Source: Owenia fusiformis (Eukaryota). From it: a stretch of 64,000 nt of DNA. The notes beneath the pieces are model-generated. The model did no database searches and was not told where the DNA came from. It saw only the letters and a program-made list of their open reading frames with translations. Positions 54,201 to 64,000 of this stretch are shown one piece after another (the first letter of the stretch is position 1; each line of letters begins with the position of its first letter). Position numbers and translations under genes: made by a program. Location of the stretch: positions 17,732,001-17,796,000 of the forward strand of contig CAIIXF020000001.1 of NCBI GenBank assembly GCA_903813345.2, written 5' to 3'.

Positions 54201-57200
54201 AGTTTCCTGAGGCAATATTGTTTCTATAAAAAAGGAGGTTGAGTGAGTGAATATTTTTCAAAAAACATTTTCAAATCTTTAGACTCAGAATACTCAGTCT
54301 AATTAGCCCCTTATAATCTTACCCTTTGTCCAGGCTCTCTTTCCAATGGATACCTAGGGATATTTTGCTCCCTATCTCTATCTTGGTAAAATGATACATC
54401 ACGCTCCCTTTCCCGACTAGAAGGAACACCAGCAGAGCGTGTATCTTCAAAACCAGCCTAAGAAATAAGCACACTAAAAGCAAGATTGTACATCATAGAT
54501 CATGCCTTTTCCAAAATGGCCTTAACAGTTTCAGTTTTAATGTATATTTTTCAGTCTCAATGAAGCACCAAATGACGATGTATATTTCATCAATATTTGG
54601 AATACTTCACATTTGTTTTTTTATTTTAGGAAAGGAAAAGGCATGATATTGATATCATTGAGACAGACACTGCAAAGCATTAATACTCTATCAATATGCA
54701 AGTTGATATTTTAGATCATGCAAGGAACATATATATGTACATTATAGCTATATAGATGTGATTCTAGTATTCTACAATTCAAAAACTGACTACAGTACAA
54801 CACAGACACAAGGCATAATCATGCAAAATGTCACTGCCATTTGTTAGATGCCAACCACAGATCACCAACCAGTCACAAAAAACGGAGACCATAACAATAT
54901 GTCACCACTTTTTGGTAGTGACATAAAAAATTAAAATTTGTGTGATTTTGAAAAAATAAATTTTGCATGTGCATTAAAGATAATCTAGAAAACTTATCAC
55001 TATTGAAACAAACGTGCTGTATCACCTAATTGATCACTTTATATTTCCTCAGTGTAAATTAGAGCATGCAGTAATCAGGTCACAAAAAAATAGTTCATGC
55101 TGTACAACAATAGAGAGTCCTACATGTATGTATTACCTGGCCACCTGGAGGGGGTTTCTTCCCATCAAGTCTGTGACGTAATCTCTCTTGTTCCGACTGT
55201 AAGTAATCCTGGTAATCATGCTTTCTTTCTTCTGATCTTCTTTCTTGACGTACCTACATATATATTTAACAGAATACTTTTTAATCTTCTTAAGTTTTAT
55301 TCTTCCTGGACTTAAACAACATCATAAATATTTTTTTTGCATTAAAAACATAATTTTTCCAACAGAGACATATGTGTATAAAATACAAACAATATCATCC
55401 CAACAGTGTTTGAGTTATTGCCTGAATGAATGAATGTGTTGTGATAATTGATTAATAATGATACATTAATAATAAAGGTCCATGAAACTATAAATACTAA
55501 ACAGTGAGGTGTTGGGTCTTTGAGCTATTTAATGTATATGCAATATATATACAGGTTTTGTATATTGTAAAGTGGGTTATTTACCTGTGCAGAGTTTCTT
55601 TCTTTCATGCCTGGCAATGTGGTTGTATAGCCTGTGGTGTCATCGTTTATTCGACCACTTCGCACAGCTTGCTAAAAATAGATTCAAAAATATTATTACA
55701 AGTTAAAATGAGCATTGATATCAGGTAGTTTCTAGGTTTCCAAATTCACCAAATCCAAATACTGCCATTTATCCTATACTTGGACGTGTTACAGGTACAT
55801 TAAAAGCCTGTTTGTAAAAACCTATATTTTCATCAGCGGGCAGATATAGCTTTACGTCCCGCTCCTACGGCCTTCTGGCAGATATATTATATTGGCCTCG
55901 GGATAATCCCAATATCCTGAACCTCATATAGGATAATCTCTATTTATTCCATACATAGTAGTGTTATAGGTAAATAACATGTGGGAACATAATTGATATG
56001 TGACGCGATATATCACCCGCTGATATCACCCGCTCATCAGATCTATGATGTCACAAATTCAGGGAGTAGATACTGAGCAAGGAGACTTTGCTATTATTCT
56101 TCATAATCTAATATGTATAGGATAAATCAGTTATTGAATGCTTGATTTTTGATACAGGGAATGTCCCTCAGTAAAAACAATATATCAACCCTCGGTCCCT
56201 CAGATATACCCTCTATCAAAAACCTCCCATTAAATAACCTCTATATACATATATGTAGGTCTTGATATTCAAAGAAATAAGTAGACTCCAAAATAACCCT
56301 TTGCCTGGCAAAAAGCTATCACACTTGCCATCGACCAACATAAGATAATTACAATATAGCACTTTTCCCAGTATAGCAGAAAATATTTCTACCTCTGATA
56401 TCATAGCATTGTATTCTTTTTTCCTCTCCTCCTGCAATTTTCTCTTTTTGTCATCAGACTGGTTGCCAAGTTTTGAGAACAGATCATGGTCAGGAGTCAC
56501 ATTCTCCTTGTTTGGGACATGCCCATTCATCTTGGACTTGGGAGTGAACTAAAAATATAAATAAAATATAAACAAAATGTACATGGTAAGACATCATGAT
56601 ATCTTGAACTGATTGTAACATTTTGATGTATGTCTAAAGTGAGTAAGATTTCAATAAAAGTACAGTATCTGTCTTTATTTGTACTTATTTGGGGTGTTTT
56701 TCAATACTATAAACAAAGGAAAAATTTTCATTGATATGTTTTTGTACAAGTTTAAAGACTTTTATTGAATCAACCTAAATGTACCTATACTGTACATTCA
56801 TGGATATTGCAAAATCTTTGATATTACAATATATGAAGCAAACGCCACAAGAAGCAATTTTTAAGTTTTTAAGTTTATTTAGTACAGACTGCACAGAAAT
56901 TGTAGTATTGTTTGATTGATTTATGTATACATGTTAAATCCATTTTATTATGAGAATAAAAGCGGCATAATAATAATAATACATTCATGCAATTCACACA
57001 AAAATTAAACAGTTGAAATAGAGAGCTCAATTCAACAAAAATGTGCGTAGTTAAGCCTGCAAACCTTTGCCTGTTGTTTCATTTTCTTTATTCAACTTTC
57101 ACCTTTTTATTTCATAATTATAATAGAACTGTAGCAACAGTATTAATAGACTAAGTTAGAACTAAAACATTTATTTGTTACAACTCATCAGATTCTTAAG

Positions 57201-60200
57201 CTGTTAGATTAGATTTATGCCAAAAACGTCAGGTTAAAAATATTAGGTGGACTTATTGTAACTCGTCCTTTTATTAAGGGAGAAATACAAAAATATTTAG
57301 TTGTCAAGAAAAAGAAATTTGTCACAACAAGTAGGACTGAAAAGAATGGATATTTTCTCTGATTCATCAGATTTTACCTTCAGAATCAGACTTTTAGAAC
57401 TCAGGTTCATGCTCAGATATTTTTGAAATTTACCAATTGCCATAAAAAAACACTTGCAAATTCACTATAACAAACTTGATTGGATTAAGTAAAATCCATA
57501 ATTTTAATTTTATATATGATAAATAATCTAAATATTGAAATTTCCAAATTTAAGATAAGTTTCGAAATCCATTCCAAGATTCCATTCCATCCAGCCCTTT
57601 TATGTTGAAAGCCAAGTATTAGATTATAAACATTCACGTTCAAGTTGAATTTCACAATATTATTGTTGCTCAATGTGTCAGCTACCTGGGTATTGTACGA
57701 GTCATTCTCTTGCATTTGCTCTACACCAAGACTTGATTGGTCAGGATATCTGTTGATGTCATTTTGACGAGGGTCATTTAAAAATGATTGCTGATTTTGA
57801 TATGTGTTTTCATTATTTCCTCTCCTGCTTTGAGATTCATTCTGATTTTTACGTGGATCTTTTTCTTGTATGGTTTTGAGAAATTCTAGATGTCTCTCAT
57901 CTTCTATCTTTTTATGTTTAGCTTCGTGTTCCCCTAATTGTAAAAGTTTGTTTTCCGCAGGGGTCTCTCGAGCTCGGTATTCCCTCCTTGGCTTCCCATA
58001 AAACTAATACATTAATATACAGTTTAATTATACCATTATTATAGTATGACTTGTATTGCTTAATAGTAAATGATAAAAATGAAACACAATAATCAAATAC
58101 AATCATTTACAATGAATATGAAATAAAAACTTGACCATACTTATATGAGGCAATAAGCAAAGCAAAGCAAGAAAACATAAATTGAAATAAAATTTTCAAA
58201 AAAATATAATCAATGAAAGTCACATTCTACTAAGTAATGTTGTCATGTACATCTAGTATATAAACAGTGGTTTAGTGTCCTTACATCTCCTTTCAGGCTG
58301 TTATATTCAAGCTGACGCTCTTTCTGAAGTTGTTGTTTCAGCGTATGTTGGTCATCTCCCACAATGAGGGTTGTACTGGGGGTTGGGGCAGCTTGCTGGG
58401 GAGAGGACTTATAACTAGGGTTTGTTGCAGTTTGTGGGGAGTTCTAGCGTCAAAGCAAAATCAACAAACTTAAGTACATGCATGTCGATGTCACTATTCG
58501 GTTAGGATAAATGTAAGAACTAGCATGATTATGGCACTAGGCATGACAGATTCAGTATTATCTTTTAGAGAAATTATATGCATACATGTCTACAAGGAGC
58601 GCAAACCATCCTTTTAGGAGTATCATGCAAAGGTGTATGTATGGCTGTGTACATCCAAGATGTCGGAACAACAATTTTAATATATACTGTAGTAGTCAAC
58701 AAGTTTGAAGCCAAGGCAAGGGTTAGGTCTATTAGAGACTGAGCCACAACTTGTGAAATAAGTCAAAATGGCAATAACAGATGAAAATAACTGCATGTAA
58801 AAATTTGTGATAATAATCGGAAATTAAAGAAATTTCAAAATGGCATGAATGAACCAATGAGCTACCTTAGCTAAATAATCATATGAACTATCTAAATAGT
58901 AAGCCTTAATCTAAATGAGTATCAGCATTTTCCTCATACCCAATTTCCACAAACTAAGCTCTGCCCATTTATTTTTATCAATGGTCTGTACATGCATGAC
59001 CAAGTTCATTCTCCATGTGGCAACTAATTTAGAGCAATAATACTTTGAAGAAAAATATACCAAACACCACTGTGATATGAACAAGGATCGTTCAATAAAT
59101 TAAAGAATGAGGAGGAAATTCATAATGATTGGCCAGTATTAATCGAGACATACAAATTGTCTGTAACCTCTACAATTTTCAACTTGATTCCTTTATAAAC
59201 ATAGAAATAAGAGCATTTGTATGAAAACTTATTGAATGACTCTTGTATGACAATATGCCATGCATTGTTTGATAAATAAAGTTCATGCATATGGTAAACA
59301 TTGGCTTATTCTACAATAGCATGATCCCAGCACCAATGACCCAACATGCAAATGTAAAAATTTAACATGCATTCACCTGATTTTTCAACTCATTGTATTC
59401 CCTTTTCCTCTCTTCTTGCAATTCCTTTCTTTTTGCATCATTGAACCCTCCTAGCTTTAAACCTGTTTCTTGTGGAGACTCATTTCTCCTTAAGTTAGAA
59501 ATATCGGGATTTTCTTTCTGCCCCCATTGTTTCCTTTGGGGCTTTTGAGGACCAGGATTAACGTATTCAAGATTTTGTCGCTGAAAGGATGATAGTGATA
59601 GTGTTTTTAAGTGAACAGGTTAAAAATAAAGATAAAGTGAAATACTACTTCATATAGATAAAATATATTTAGCTGAAGAAAGGCAAAAATAATATATTTT
59701 AGTCTAGTGGCCTACAACATCTATTACAAGAAAAATAAAATGTGACGAATCAGGGCCGTCAGATGGGGGGGTGCGATGGGTGCGACCGCACCCCCCTTTG
59801 TCACCCCCCAAAAAAATTTGAAAAAAAAATTTTTGAAAAAGAAATTTTTTTTGAAAATTTTTTTTTGTAATTTTTTTTCATTGACTCATACACTTTGAAA
59901 GTACCCAGAAAGCACCAAATAGCATCTTAAAATTGTAAAATTTTCTAGGGGTATTGGCCACCCCTCACCCCCCCCCCCCCACAAAACAATGGAAAAGTTC
60001 TAAATTTATTTTAGTGTTTTGTCTCAGACACTTTTAAAGTGCATAGACACCATCAAATAGCTCCTTGATACAGTTAGTGTTTCTGGGGGACTAATACTTG
60101 CTCTCCCTCTTGCATCTTGCACTTGCATCCCCACACCAACTCCCCCTCTGACCCCCCCCCCAAAAAAAATTAATTTGATAAAAGTTGTGATTTTCTCAAA

Positions 60201-61496
60201 TTCTTTAATTGACTCATACACTTTGAAAGTGCCCAGAGAGCACCAAATATCGTCGTAAAATTGTAAAATTTTCTAGGGGGAGTGGGCCACCACTCACACC
60301 CCAAACAAAACAATGGAAAAGTTCTGAATTTGTTTTATGTATTGTCTCAGACACTTTTAAATTGCCCAGACATCATCAAATAGCTCCTTGATATAGTTAA
60401 TGATTCTGGGAGACTAACACTTACTCGCCCTCTGGCATCCCCACTCCACCTCCCCCTCTGGCATCCCCTTGACACCCCCCCCCAAAAAAAATTGAAAAAG
60501 AAATTTTATTGACTCATACACTTTGAAAGTGCCCAGAAAGCACCAAATAGCATCTTAAAATTGTAAAATTTTCTTGGGAAATAGGCCACAGACACTTTTA
60601 AAGTGCCCAGACTTCATCGACTAGCACCTTGATGTTGTAAATGTTTCTGGGGGACAGATACGGTGGACAAACACTTGCTCCCCCTCTGGCACCCCAACCC
60701 CACCTCCCCCTCTGGCACCCTTCCCTCCCCTCCCCTTTGACAACCCCAAAATTTGAAAAAAAAATATGATTGTTTTGTTTTTCAATGTTTTTATTGACTT
60801 ATACACTTTAAAAGTGCCTAGAAGCACCAAATATCATCTTTAAATTGTAAAATTTTCTAGAAGAGTTAGCCATGTTTCTGGGGGACAACCCCTTGCTCCC
60901 CCTCTGGCACCCCGCCCCACTTCACCCTCTCATCTTTTTTGCCACCCCCAAAAGAATTTGAAAAAAATTCACATTTTTCTTATAGACTCATACACTTTGA
61001 AAGTGCCCAGAATGCACCAAATAGCATCTCAAAACTGTAAAATTTTCTAGGGGGAGTGGACAACTCCTCACATCCCCCACAAAATGATTGGAACGTTTTG
61101 AAGTTGCATTTGTTAATGCCAAACCGATATAGGGAGTAACCGACCCCCCCCCCCTCTGACTTAGGCGATTTGATTTACGCGGCAAAAAATTGACAATTTT
61201 ATATTCTCTTTAGTAAAAACCGCACCCCCCTTGAAGAAAAGTGTCTTACGGGCCTGCGAATATGTATCTTACTTCTTACTTCACTATTTTGAAGAAAAAA
61301 GTAAAAGATAAGAAAATCAGCTGATGTCATAAACATGTACATGTATGATGATAGATTAATATGAAGGGCTATACATTACTATAATGATTGATGCACTTAC
61401 ATCTTTTGGAGGGTCTGTTTTAGGTCCTATCGTAGTTCTTTCTCGGGCAAGTTTAGCTTTCTGCTCTGCTATGAATGCCTCAAGGTCATCTGCCAT
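18212..61496 (-). CDS. CSPP1: Centrosome and spindle pole-associated protein 1 orthologue; about 36 coding exons, about 1526 aa
   Basis: Manually spliced GT-AG exons: 61496-61401, 59580-59377, 58443-58285, 58003-57686, 56548-56393, 55671-55585, 55253-55137, 54457-54323, 53790-53728, 53498-53397, 52342-52179, 51662-51543, 50370-50208, 48309-48163, 46120-46012, 43084-42988, 40196-40104, 39528-39373, 38699-38590, 38377-38311, 38012-37839, 37618-37521, 36857-36661, 36455-36258, 35745-35608, 34463-34383, 34150-34012, 33615-33527, 31249-31194, 28972-28851, 28327-28199, 27246-27139, 26808-26702, 20489-20348, 18996-18927, 18281-18212. Total 4581 nt with consistent phases. CSPP1-like motifs: MADDLEAFIAEQKAKLA, GGEDRD..RRKQEYR, EKDLELRVAATGA, DEAYYYYG, YNPFGRGGAGAPMKDIAGN, RKNEERLRKL, DPDDIL, WMRPGS. 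Individual symmetric exons may be alternative. Confidence 0.92.
18396..18820. repeat. Dispersed non-autonomous repeat, second copy at about 55830-56245
   Basis: Shared ATATCACCCGCT, TATTGAATGCT(C)GATTTTTGATACAGGG and AAAAACCTCCCATTAAATAACCTCTATATA. Confidence 0.7.
20943..21812 (+). CDS. LINE ORF1 (partial): Pro/Ser/Thr-rich linker plus SGNH/GDSL esterase domain
   Basis: SGNH-type blocks VHIMYSSN, YSGG, FIGLGTNNI and LYKDMLHFN. No ATG start, consistent with 5' truncation. Confidence 0.75.
   Translation: MCSLTEKLQTDKPISCSIPQSIQSEPIHQLPNTANPTKSPTGSSRPPAASPRLNATNRPPAAHQGNSTSKPPKSTPTHGKGKRKTVHIMYSSNGKGLAGVMMSKDNAISATSSVYSGGRIETGTYSLEKGDIKESTDFKFIGLGTNNIPADHPQDMVYELKNLMQTAKNKHPRSKLILCGIHHRGDSRDSGTRDIWNSKIDYVNHEMRSFCTKQGHGFIDINEVNGSTVRNPCMKVLYKDMLHFNHLGRSRLVDAMISIMRQECPTTYAQAAAYPSSVNPQRAWSHAKF
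21731..25733 (+). pseudogene. LINE ORF2 (APE endonuclease + reverse transcriptase + C-terminal Zn motif) with one frameshift near 23510
   Basis: APE motifs LLWNI, LSETW, SGGLAV, CGDMNAR, SVIDY and ESDH in 21731-23518. RT motifs KSAGIDGI, NYRGI, VDFKKAFD, GVLQGSVLS, LWADD and YKYLG in 23451-25733. The frames switch at ...KEYN / ITKQREKRR. Confidence 0.9.
26254..26720. repeat. 39-bp minisatellite (about 12 units) overlapping the CSPP1 exon 33 donor site
   Basis: Unit GAGTATTAAGAATGTACCCTTGAAGAGTTATCATATTCA. The last unit spans the exon/intron junction at 26701/26702. Confidence 0.85.
27937..28133. mobile_element. Tc1/mariner(pogo)-type MITE with TA TSD
   Basis: TA|CAGTAAAACCTGT...ACAGGTTTTACTG|TA. 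Related copies at 53125-53302 and a right-end fragment at about 16930-16978. Confidence 0.85.
30216..31111. mobile_element. Non-autonomous hAT-like element with 6-bp TSD
   Basis: TIR CAGTGTTCGCG...CGCGAACACTG flanked by AATGGG at 30210-30215 and 31112-31117; no ORF. Confidence 0.85.
32041..32725. mobile_element. Foldback MITE with TTAA on the left flank (Kolobok-like)
   Basis: TTAA|AGGTCCATGTGCA..ATGGCAAGTG..TTTTAGACAGTCATATCTTT pairs with AAAGATATGACTGTCTAAAATCACTTGCCATACTGCACATGGACCT. The right TTAA is degenerate. Confidence 0.75.
34603..34741. repeat. Short hairpin-forming inverted repeat (MITE-like)
   Basis: GTTATTGAATGATTTGAAGTGCAATACAGGATATATTCTG pairs with CAGAATATATCCTGTACTGCACTTAAACTCATTCAATAAC. 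Confidence 0.7.
38775..39190. mobile_element. Foldback palindromic MITE (about 416 bp)
   Basis: Arms pair over most of the length, e.g. TATAAGTATGAGAATAGCATGGCGTCTTGATATTTCAAGGTAA with TTACCTTGAAATATCAAGACGCCATGCTATTCTCATACTTATA. Confidence 0.85.
39603..40016. mobile_element. Foldback palindromic MITE with TTAA TSD (Kolobok-like)
   Basis: TTAA|GGACAGGGTGCATG...CATGCACCCTGACC|TTAA. Near-perfect palindrome centred near 39810. Confidence 0.85.
40357..40677. repeat. Degenerate foldback element
   Basis: AAGTGATCTTA..GGCACTGGGTTT pairs with AAACCCAGTGCC..TAAGATCACTT; ATGGTGACCTTACCCTAC pairs with GTAGGGTAAGGTCACCAT. Confidence 0.65.
40996..41790 (-). mobile_element. Helentron-associated (HINE/DINE-1-like) element with 4 x 162-bp internal tandem repeat
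   Basis: Units start at 41079, 41241, 41403 and 41565, followed by a (CCGC)n microsatellite. Subterminal IR ATCGTACCTAA (about 41018) pairs with TTAGGTACAAT (about 41776), there is a terminal stem-loop, and the flanks are A-rich. Confidence 0.7.
42119..42453. repeat. Minisatellite with 17-bp GTACTTGAGCCTTTCAT and 14-bp GTCAAGCCTTTCAT units
   Basis: About 20 directly visible tandem units. Confidence 0.92.
43241..43873. mobile_element. Mariner-type MITE with CAGGGTG termini
   Basis: TA|CAGGGTGTCAAATAAGGCTGTTCTCCCCCCTTAACTTTTT pairs with AAAAAGTTAAGGGGGGAGAACAGACTTATTGGACGCCCTG. The right TA is mutated. Confidence 0.75.
44542..45204. mobile_element. Long foldback palindromic element (about 660 bp)
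   Basis: CCTAACCATCGACAAGGTACAGTGACAAAATA pairs with TATTTTGTCACTGTACCTTGTCGATGGTTAGG, and pairing continues inward (TTTTCGAACAGTGCTCGATTTT with AAAATCGAGCACTGTTCGAAAA). Confidence 0.88.
46234..47783 (-). mobile_element. Helentron-associated (HINE-like) element with about 162-bp tandem array, (GACA/GACG)n microsatellite and duplicated terminal module
   Basis: Perfect 12-bp subterminal IR ATGTCCCCACCA (46258) / TGGTGGGGACAT (47767), a stem-loop CCCCACAC..GTGGTGGGG, and about 5 units containing AAAATCCAAAATGGCTGCC. The terminal module of about 121 bp occurs twice (47547 and 47668). Confidence 0.75.
49221..49545. repeat. 20-bp minisatellite GTAACTGACATGCAGCCTGT (about 16 units)
   Basis: Exact 20-bp phase across the sequence lines; degenerate units extend to about 49060. 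Confidence 0.93.
54808..54930 (-). mobile_element. Short HINE-like dispersed element (family copies at about 20707-20838, 28356-28500, 33180-33255, 38424-38500, 53305-53341)
   Basis: ACAAGGCA..CATGCAAAATGTCACTGCCATTTGTTAGATGCC...ATAACAATATGTCACCACTTTT.GGT(A/G)GTGACATAAAAA, with subterminal IR ATGTCAC / GTGACAT. Confidence 0.6.
59751..61256. mobile_element. Non-autonomous hAT-like element with 5-bp TSD and internal 190-330-bp tandem repeats
   Basis: TIR CAGGGCCGTCAGA / TCTTACGGGCCTG (11 of 13 match), flanked by CGAAT at 59746-59750 and 61257-61261. Subterminal ACCGCACCCCCCTT occurs at both ends. Five copies of GACTCATACACTTTGAAAGTGCCCAGAAAGCACCAAATAGCATC lie at about 59883, 60211, 60511, 60796 and 60985. 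Confidence 0.82.
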
Positions 61497-62046
61497 CTCC
61501 TCTATAGTATTTAGGGCTTTGTCAACAGCATTGTATTGTTATTGGAATATCTAAAGAAATGTGGTTTTAACAAAATGAACATGATTTTTATGAAATTAAA
61601 AAAGAAAATGTGAAGTACTTCGAATTCATTCAACTGGTGATCTAAATCATAATAGTATGGGTCAATCAGCAGAACAAGGATCTTTTGTGTGTTATTGAAC
61701 TTATTTCAATAGTCAAATTCCTCCATCTATTGGAACATCTTGGCTCTGCAGCACCATGCAAAACTGAACATTATCACAGGGATTCCCCTTTTCAAACCTA
61801 CCGTCACCTTGAAAATGAAAAGTGCAACCTTTCTCAATGAAAAACAAAAGTTATCTAGTTCTGCTGATTAACGCATATGATTAGAAATTCAACTACATAA
61901 AAAGAACTCTAAAATACACAGAAATTTATTTTATCTCACACAAAGACCATTTCTTTTGATTCTGGTCTAGGAAGCATTATATTTTAAGTGCTAGCTACAC
62001 CTAGATTTCTTACCTCTTTCGATTCTTAACACCACAAGATACATTC

Positions 62047-62522
62047 TTTCAATGACAAAAAGACATGGCTGTCTCAAATAGCAGTAATATACACCTCAAT
62101 CTTTAAATCAACAAGTATTTTGAGATGTCTGCCATCAGATGATCAGAGGAAACAAACATTTCATCCAGTGCAGACATTTCTACATCTCTTCATTTCCAGG
62201 ACCATTATCCTTTTAATATGGAATCAAGTCAAGCACTTTGATAAATCATGAGTGTTATCGGTACAACAATGTATTTGGCTGATTTCACTAAGAATCTCTG
62301 TTGTATTTGATGTGTTGTTAGGTAAAAACATGCGAACTGTCAAAGCTGAATGATTATAACGCAAATATTCATTTATATATCACTCAAGTATGTTAGTTCA
62401 GGAAGTGACTACGTCGCTATAATACCTGAGGTCATGCCAGACATCTTATAATACTGGTCAATTTAAAGATTGAAGTGTATATTACTGCAATCTGAGACAG
62501 CCGCGTCTCTTTTCCATTGAAA
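62047..62522. repeat. Degenerate foldback element
   Basis: GGCTGTCTCA..GCAGTAATATACAC.TCAATCTTTAAAT pairs with ATTTAAAGATTGA.GTGTATATTACTGC..TGAGACAGCC. Confidence 0.7.
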
Positions 62523-62787
62523 AAATGTTATATGTGCATTGCTAGGGCCATGTGAGCTTCTATTGAACGCTTCCAAGACGAGAAAGTGACAACACAAAGA
62601 GCTATAGCAACCTAGTGATAAACCAGCACAGAGAGACTAATAGGTGACATAAAAGCACCGTAAGAATATCTACAACAACAACAGCAGAAAGTGATTGGAC
62701 CTAGATAAGATTTTGTTGAGGCAAGTCATGTGTGCAATGCAGGGAAAATTCTCCTATTTTGTAATCAGACAGACAAGCTATGCAGAT

Positions 62788-63333
62788 GTTATCCCGTTCC
62801 CGGACTATAGTCCTGCACTGATCGCATTCATTTGCCTGTACGATTACAACTTGGGAGAATTATCTACGCCCCTTACACTTAAGATACCTACCTCAATGCA
62901 TTATAGAACTCAAGATGTAACTTCTAATATATTGGAACCGCCGATTGTCTGGGTATATCGGCAGAACGAGAACATTTTCTCTTTTTCATCGAGAGAGATT
63001 CCATCACTTTTCAAAATGGCGGTTGGATTTAAACGAGGAATCCCCCGTTTGGCTGTCCCGGATGTAGCCCGGAAGTACCAATATGGAGGAATTTGACGGT
63101 TGAAAAAGGTTAAATGTTACACGCAAATATTGCGATCAAAAACGAAAATGTCTTCGTTCTGCCGATAAACCCAGACAATTGTGGATTCAACTACACGAAA
63201 AGAATGCTAAATTACCAAGGAATCTATTGAAGTAGGTATCTGAAGTGTAAGATCAGTAAAAAATTCTCCCATGTTGTAATCGCACAGGCAAAAGATTGAG
63301 ATGTTCACAGGACCATAGTCCGGGAACGGGATA
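62788..63333. repeat. Degenerate foldback element in the putative CSPP1 5' UTR intron
   Basis: TTATCCCGTTCCCGGACTAT pairs with ATAGTCCGGGAACGGGATAA; ATTGTCTGGGT.TATCGGCAGAACGA pairs with TCGTTCTGCCGATA.ACCCAGACAAT. Confidence 0.75.
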
Positions 63334-63423
63334 ATGCAGATGTTCCTATGACTATAGTGAAAGTCCTGGCACGGGTAGAAACAGATGATAGACTGGAAAT
63401 CTAGCACGAAAAATAAAGCTTAC

Positions 63424-63850
63424 CTTGACAAGAAAATATCTTCATATTGCACTGAAATTTATCTACTGTTTGAACAAAGGGTTCATGTCAATGTGTTATT
63501 CCTTTCCTTAGACACAGCGCTACGCTATGTTTTGTAGAAATCACAATATTATAAAAATAAAATCGTCAAAACAAAATTTGAGAAAAATTTCGACGCATGC
63601 GCAATGTTATCCTAATAGTTTTTTACAATCAATCAACAAAAATTGCAACAAATAATATTCCATCTTTCAAACATTAGTATTAAAACTACTTTTAAAATAT
63701 AGTTACCCAATTATAATTATATGAAGAATAGTAAATAATATTGAAAAGAATTAAACTCGGGCCAAAGAGAGGGATTTTATTTGTTGATCGATTCGTCGTG
63801 TCTCTACTGGGCGATAATAGAAAATTTGTGGAACATTTAAAAATTTTAAA
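63424..63850. promoter_or_regulatory. Putative bidirectional promoter and non-coding first exon shared by CSPP1 (-) and the CBR4-like gene (+)
   Basis: A strong minus-strand donor CAAG|GTAAGC lies at 63424/63423, and an acceptor near 61551 precedes the CSPP1 ATG exon. An NRF1-like CGCATGCGCA lies at 63594-63603. The CBR4-like ATG is at 63851. Confidence 0.5.
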
Positions 63851-64000
63851 ATGTCTAAAGTTTGTGTAATATTTGGAGGTTCGCGTGGAATTGGGTTTGC
63901 TGTTGCCAACATAATGCTAGAGCAATGTTTCAAGGTTGCAATAGTCTCGAAAACCTCAACGAGTATTGACAATGCTTGCAAGATTTTACACAGCAAAGCA
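63851..64000 (+). CDS. CBR4: Short-chain dehydrogenase/reductase, carbonyl reductase 4 (mitochondrial 3-oxoacyl-ACP reductase)-like; 5' part, runs off the window
   Basis: MSKVCVIFGGSRGIGFAVANIMLEQCFKVAIVSK... contains the Rossmann GxxxGIG motif. KVCxIFGGSRGIG matches my recollection of the CBR4 N-terminus. Only 50 codons are visible, so the ORF track missed it. Confidence 0.8.
   Translation, partial: MSKVCVIFGGSRGIGFAVANIMLEQCFKVAIVSKTSTSIDNACKILHSKA

Noticed and set aside
62695-63407. Similar ORFs on opposite strands (IPFPDY.P...CL.DYN.GE) suggesting an inverted gene pair
   Set aside because: The similarity comes from the two arms of a foldback repeat; no splice or domain support.

Overview
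AT-rich animal genomic DNA, probably from an invertebrate (possibly a lophotrochozoan; species cannot be determined from the sequence). It holds three host genes. The first is a 3-exon class A GPCR resembling trissin receptors (+, 3369-8008). The second is a CSPP1 orthologue with about 36 coding exons (-, 61496-18212, about 1526 aa by manual splicing). The third is the start of a CBR4-like short-chain dehydrogenase (+, from 63851), arranged head-to-head with CSPP1. The most notable object is a young 4,373-bp Maverick/Polinton-type element (11256-15628) with AGTAGT termini, 232/233-bp terminal inverted repeats (TIRs) differing by one indel, and a perfect 6-bp target-site duplication (TSD, AACGTC). 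It carries only two intact genes: a retroviral-like DDE integrase with a chromodomain, and an A32-like packaging ATPase fused to C2H2-type zinc fingers and split by a 103-bp GT-AG intron just before Walker A. No protein-primed DNA polymerase B (pPolB), capsid or protease gene is present. CSPP1 introns contain a frameshifted RTE-X-like LINE with an esterase ORF1, hAT-like elements with 5- and 6-bp TSDs, Helentron/HINE-like elements with 162-bp arrays, many whole-element foldback MITEs, and minisatellites. One minisatellite is built from a splice donor and another from UGCAUG motifs. All calls come from manual reading and recalled family motifs; no database search was run.
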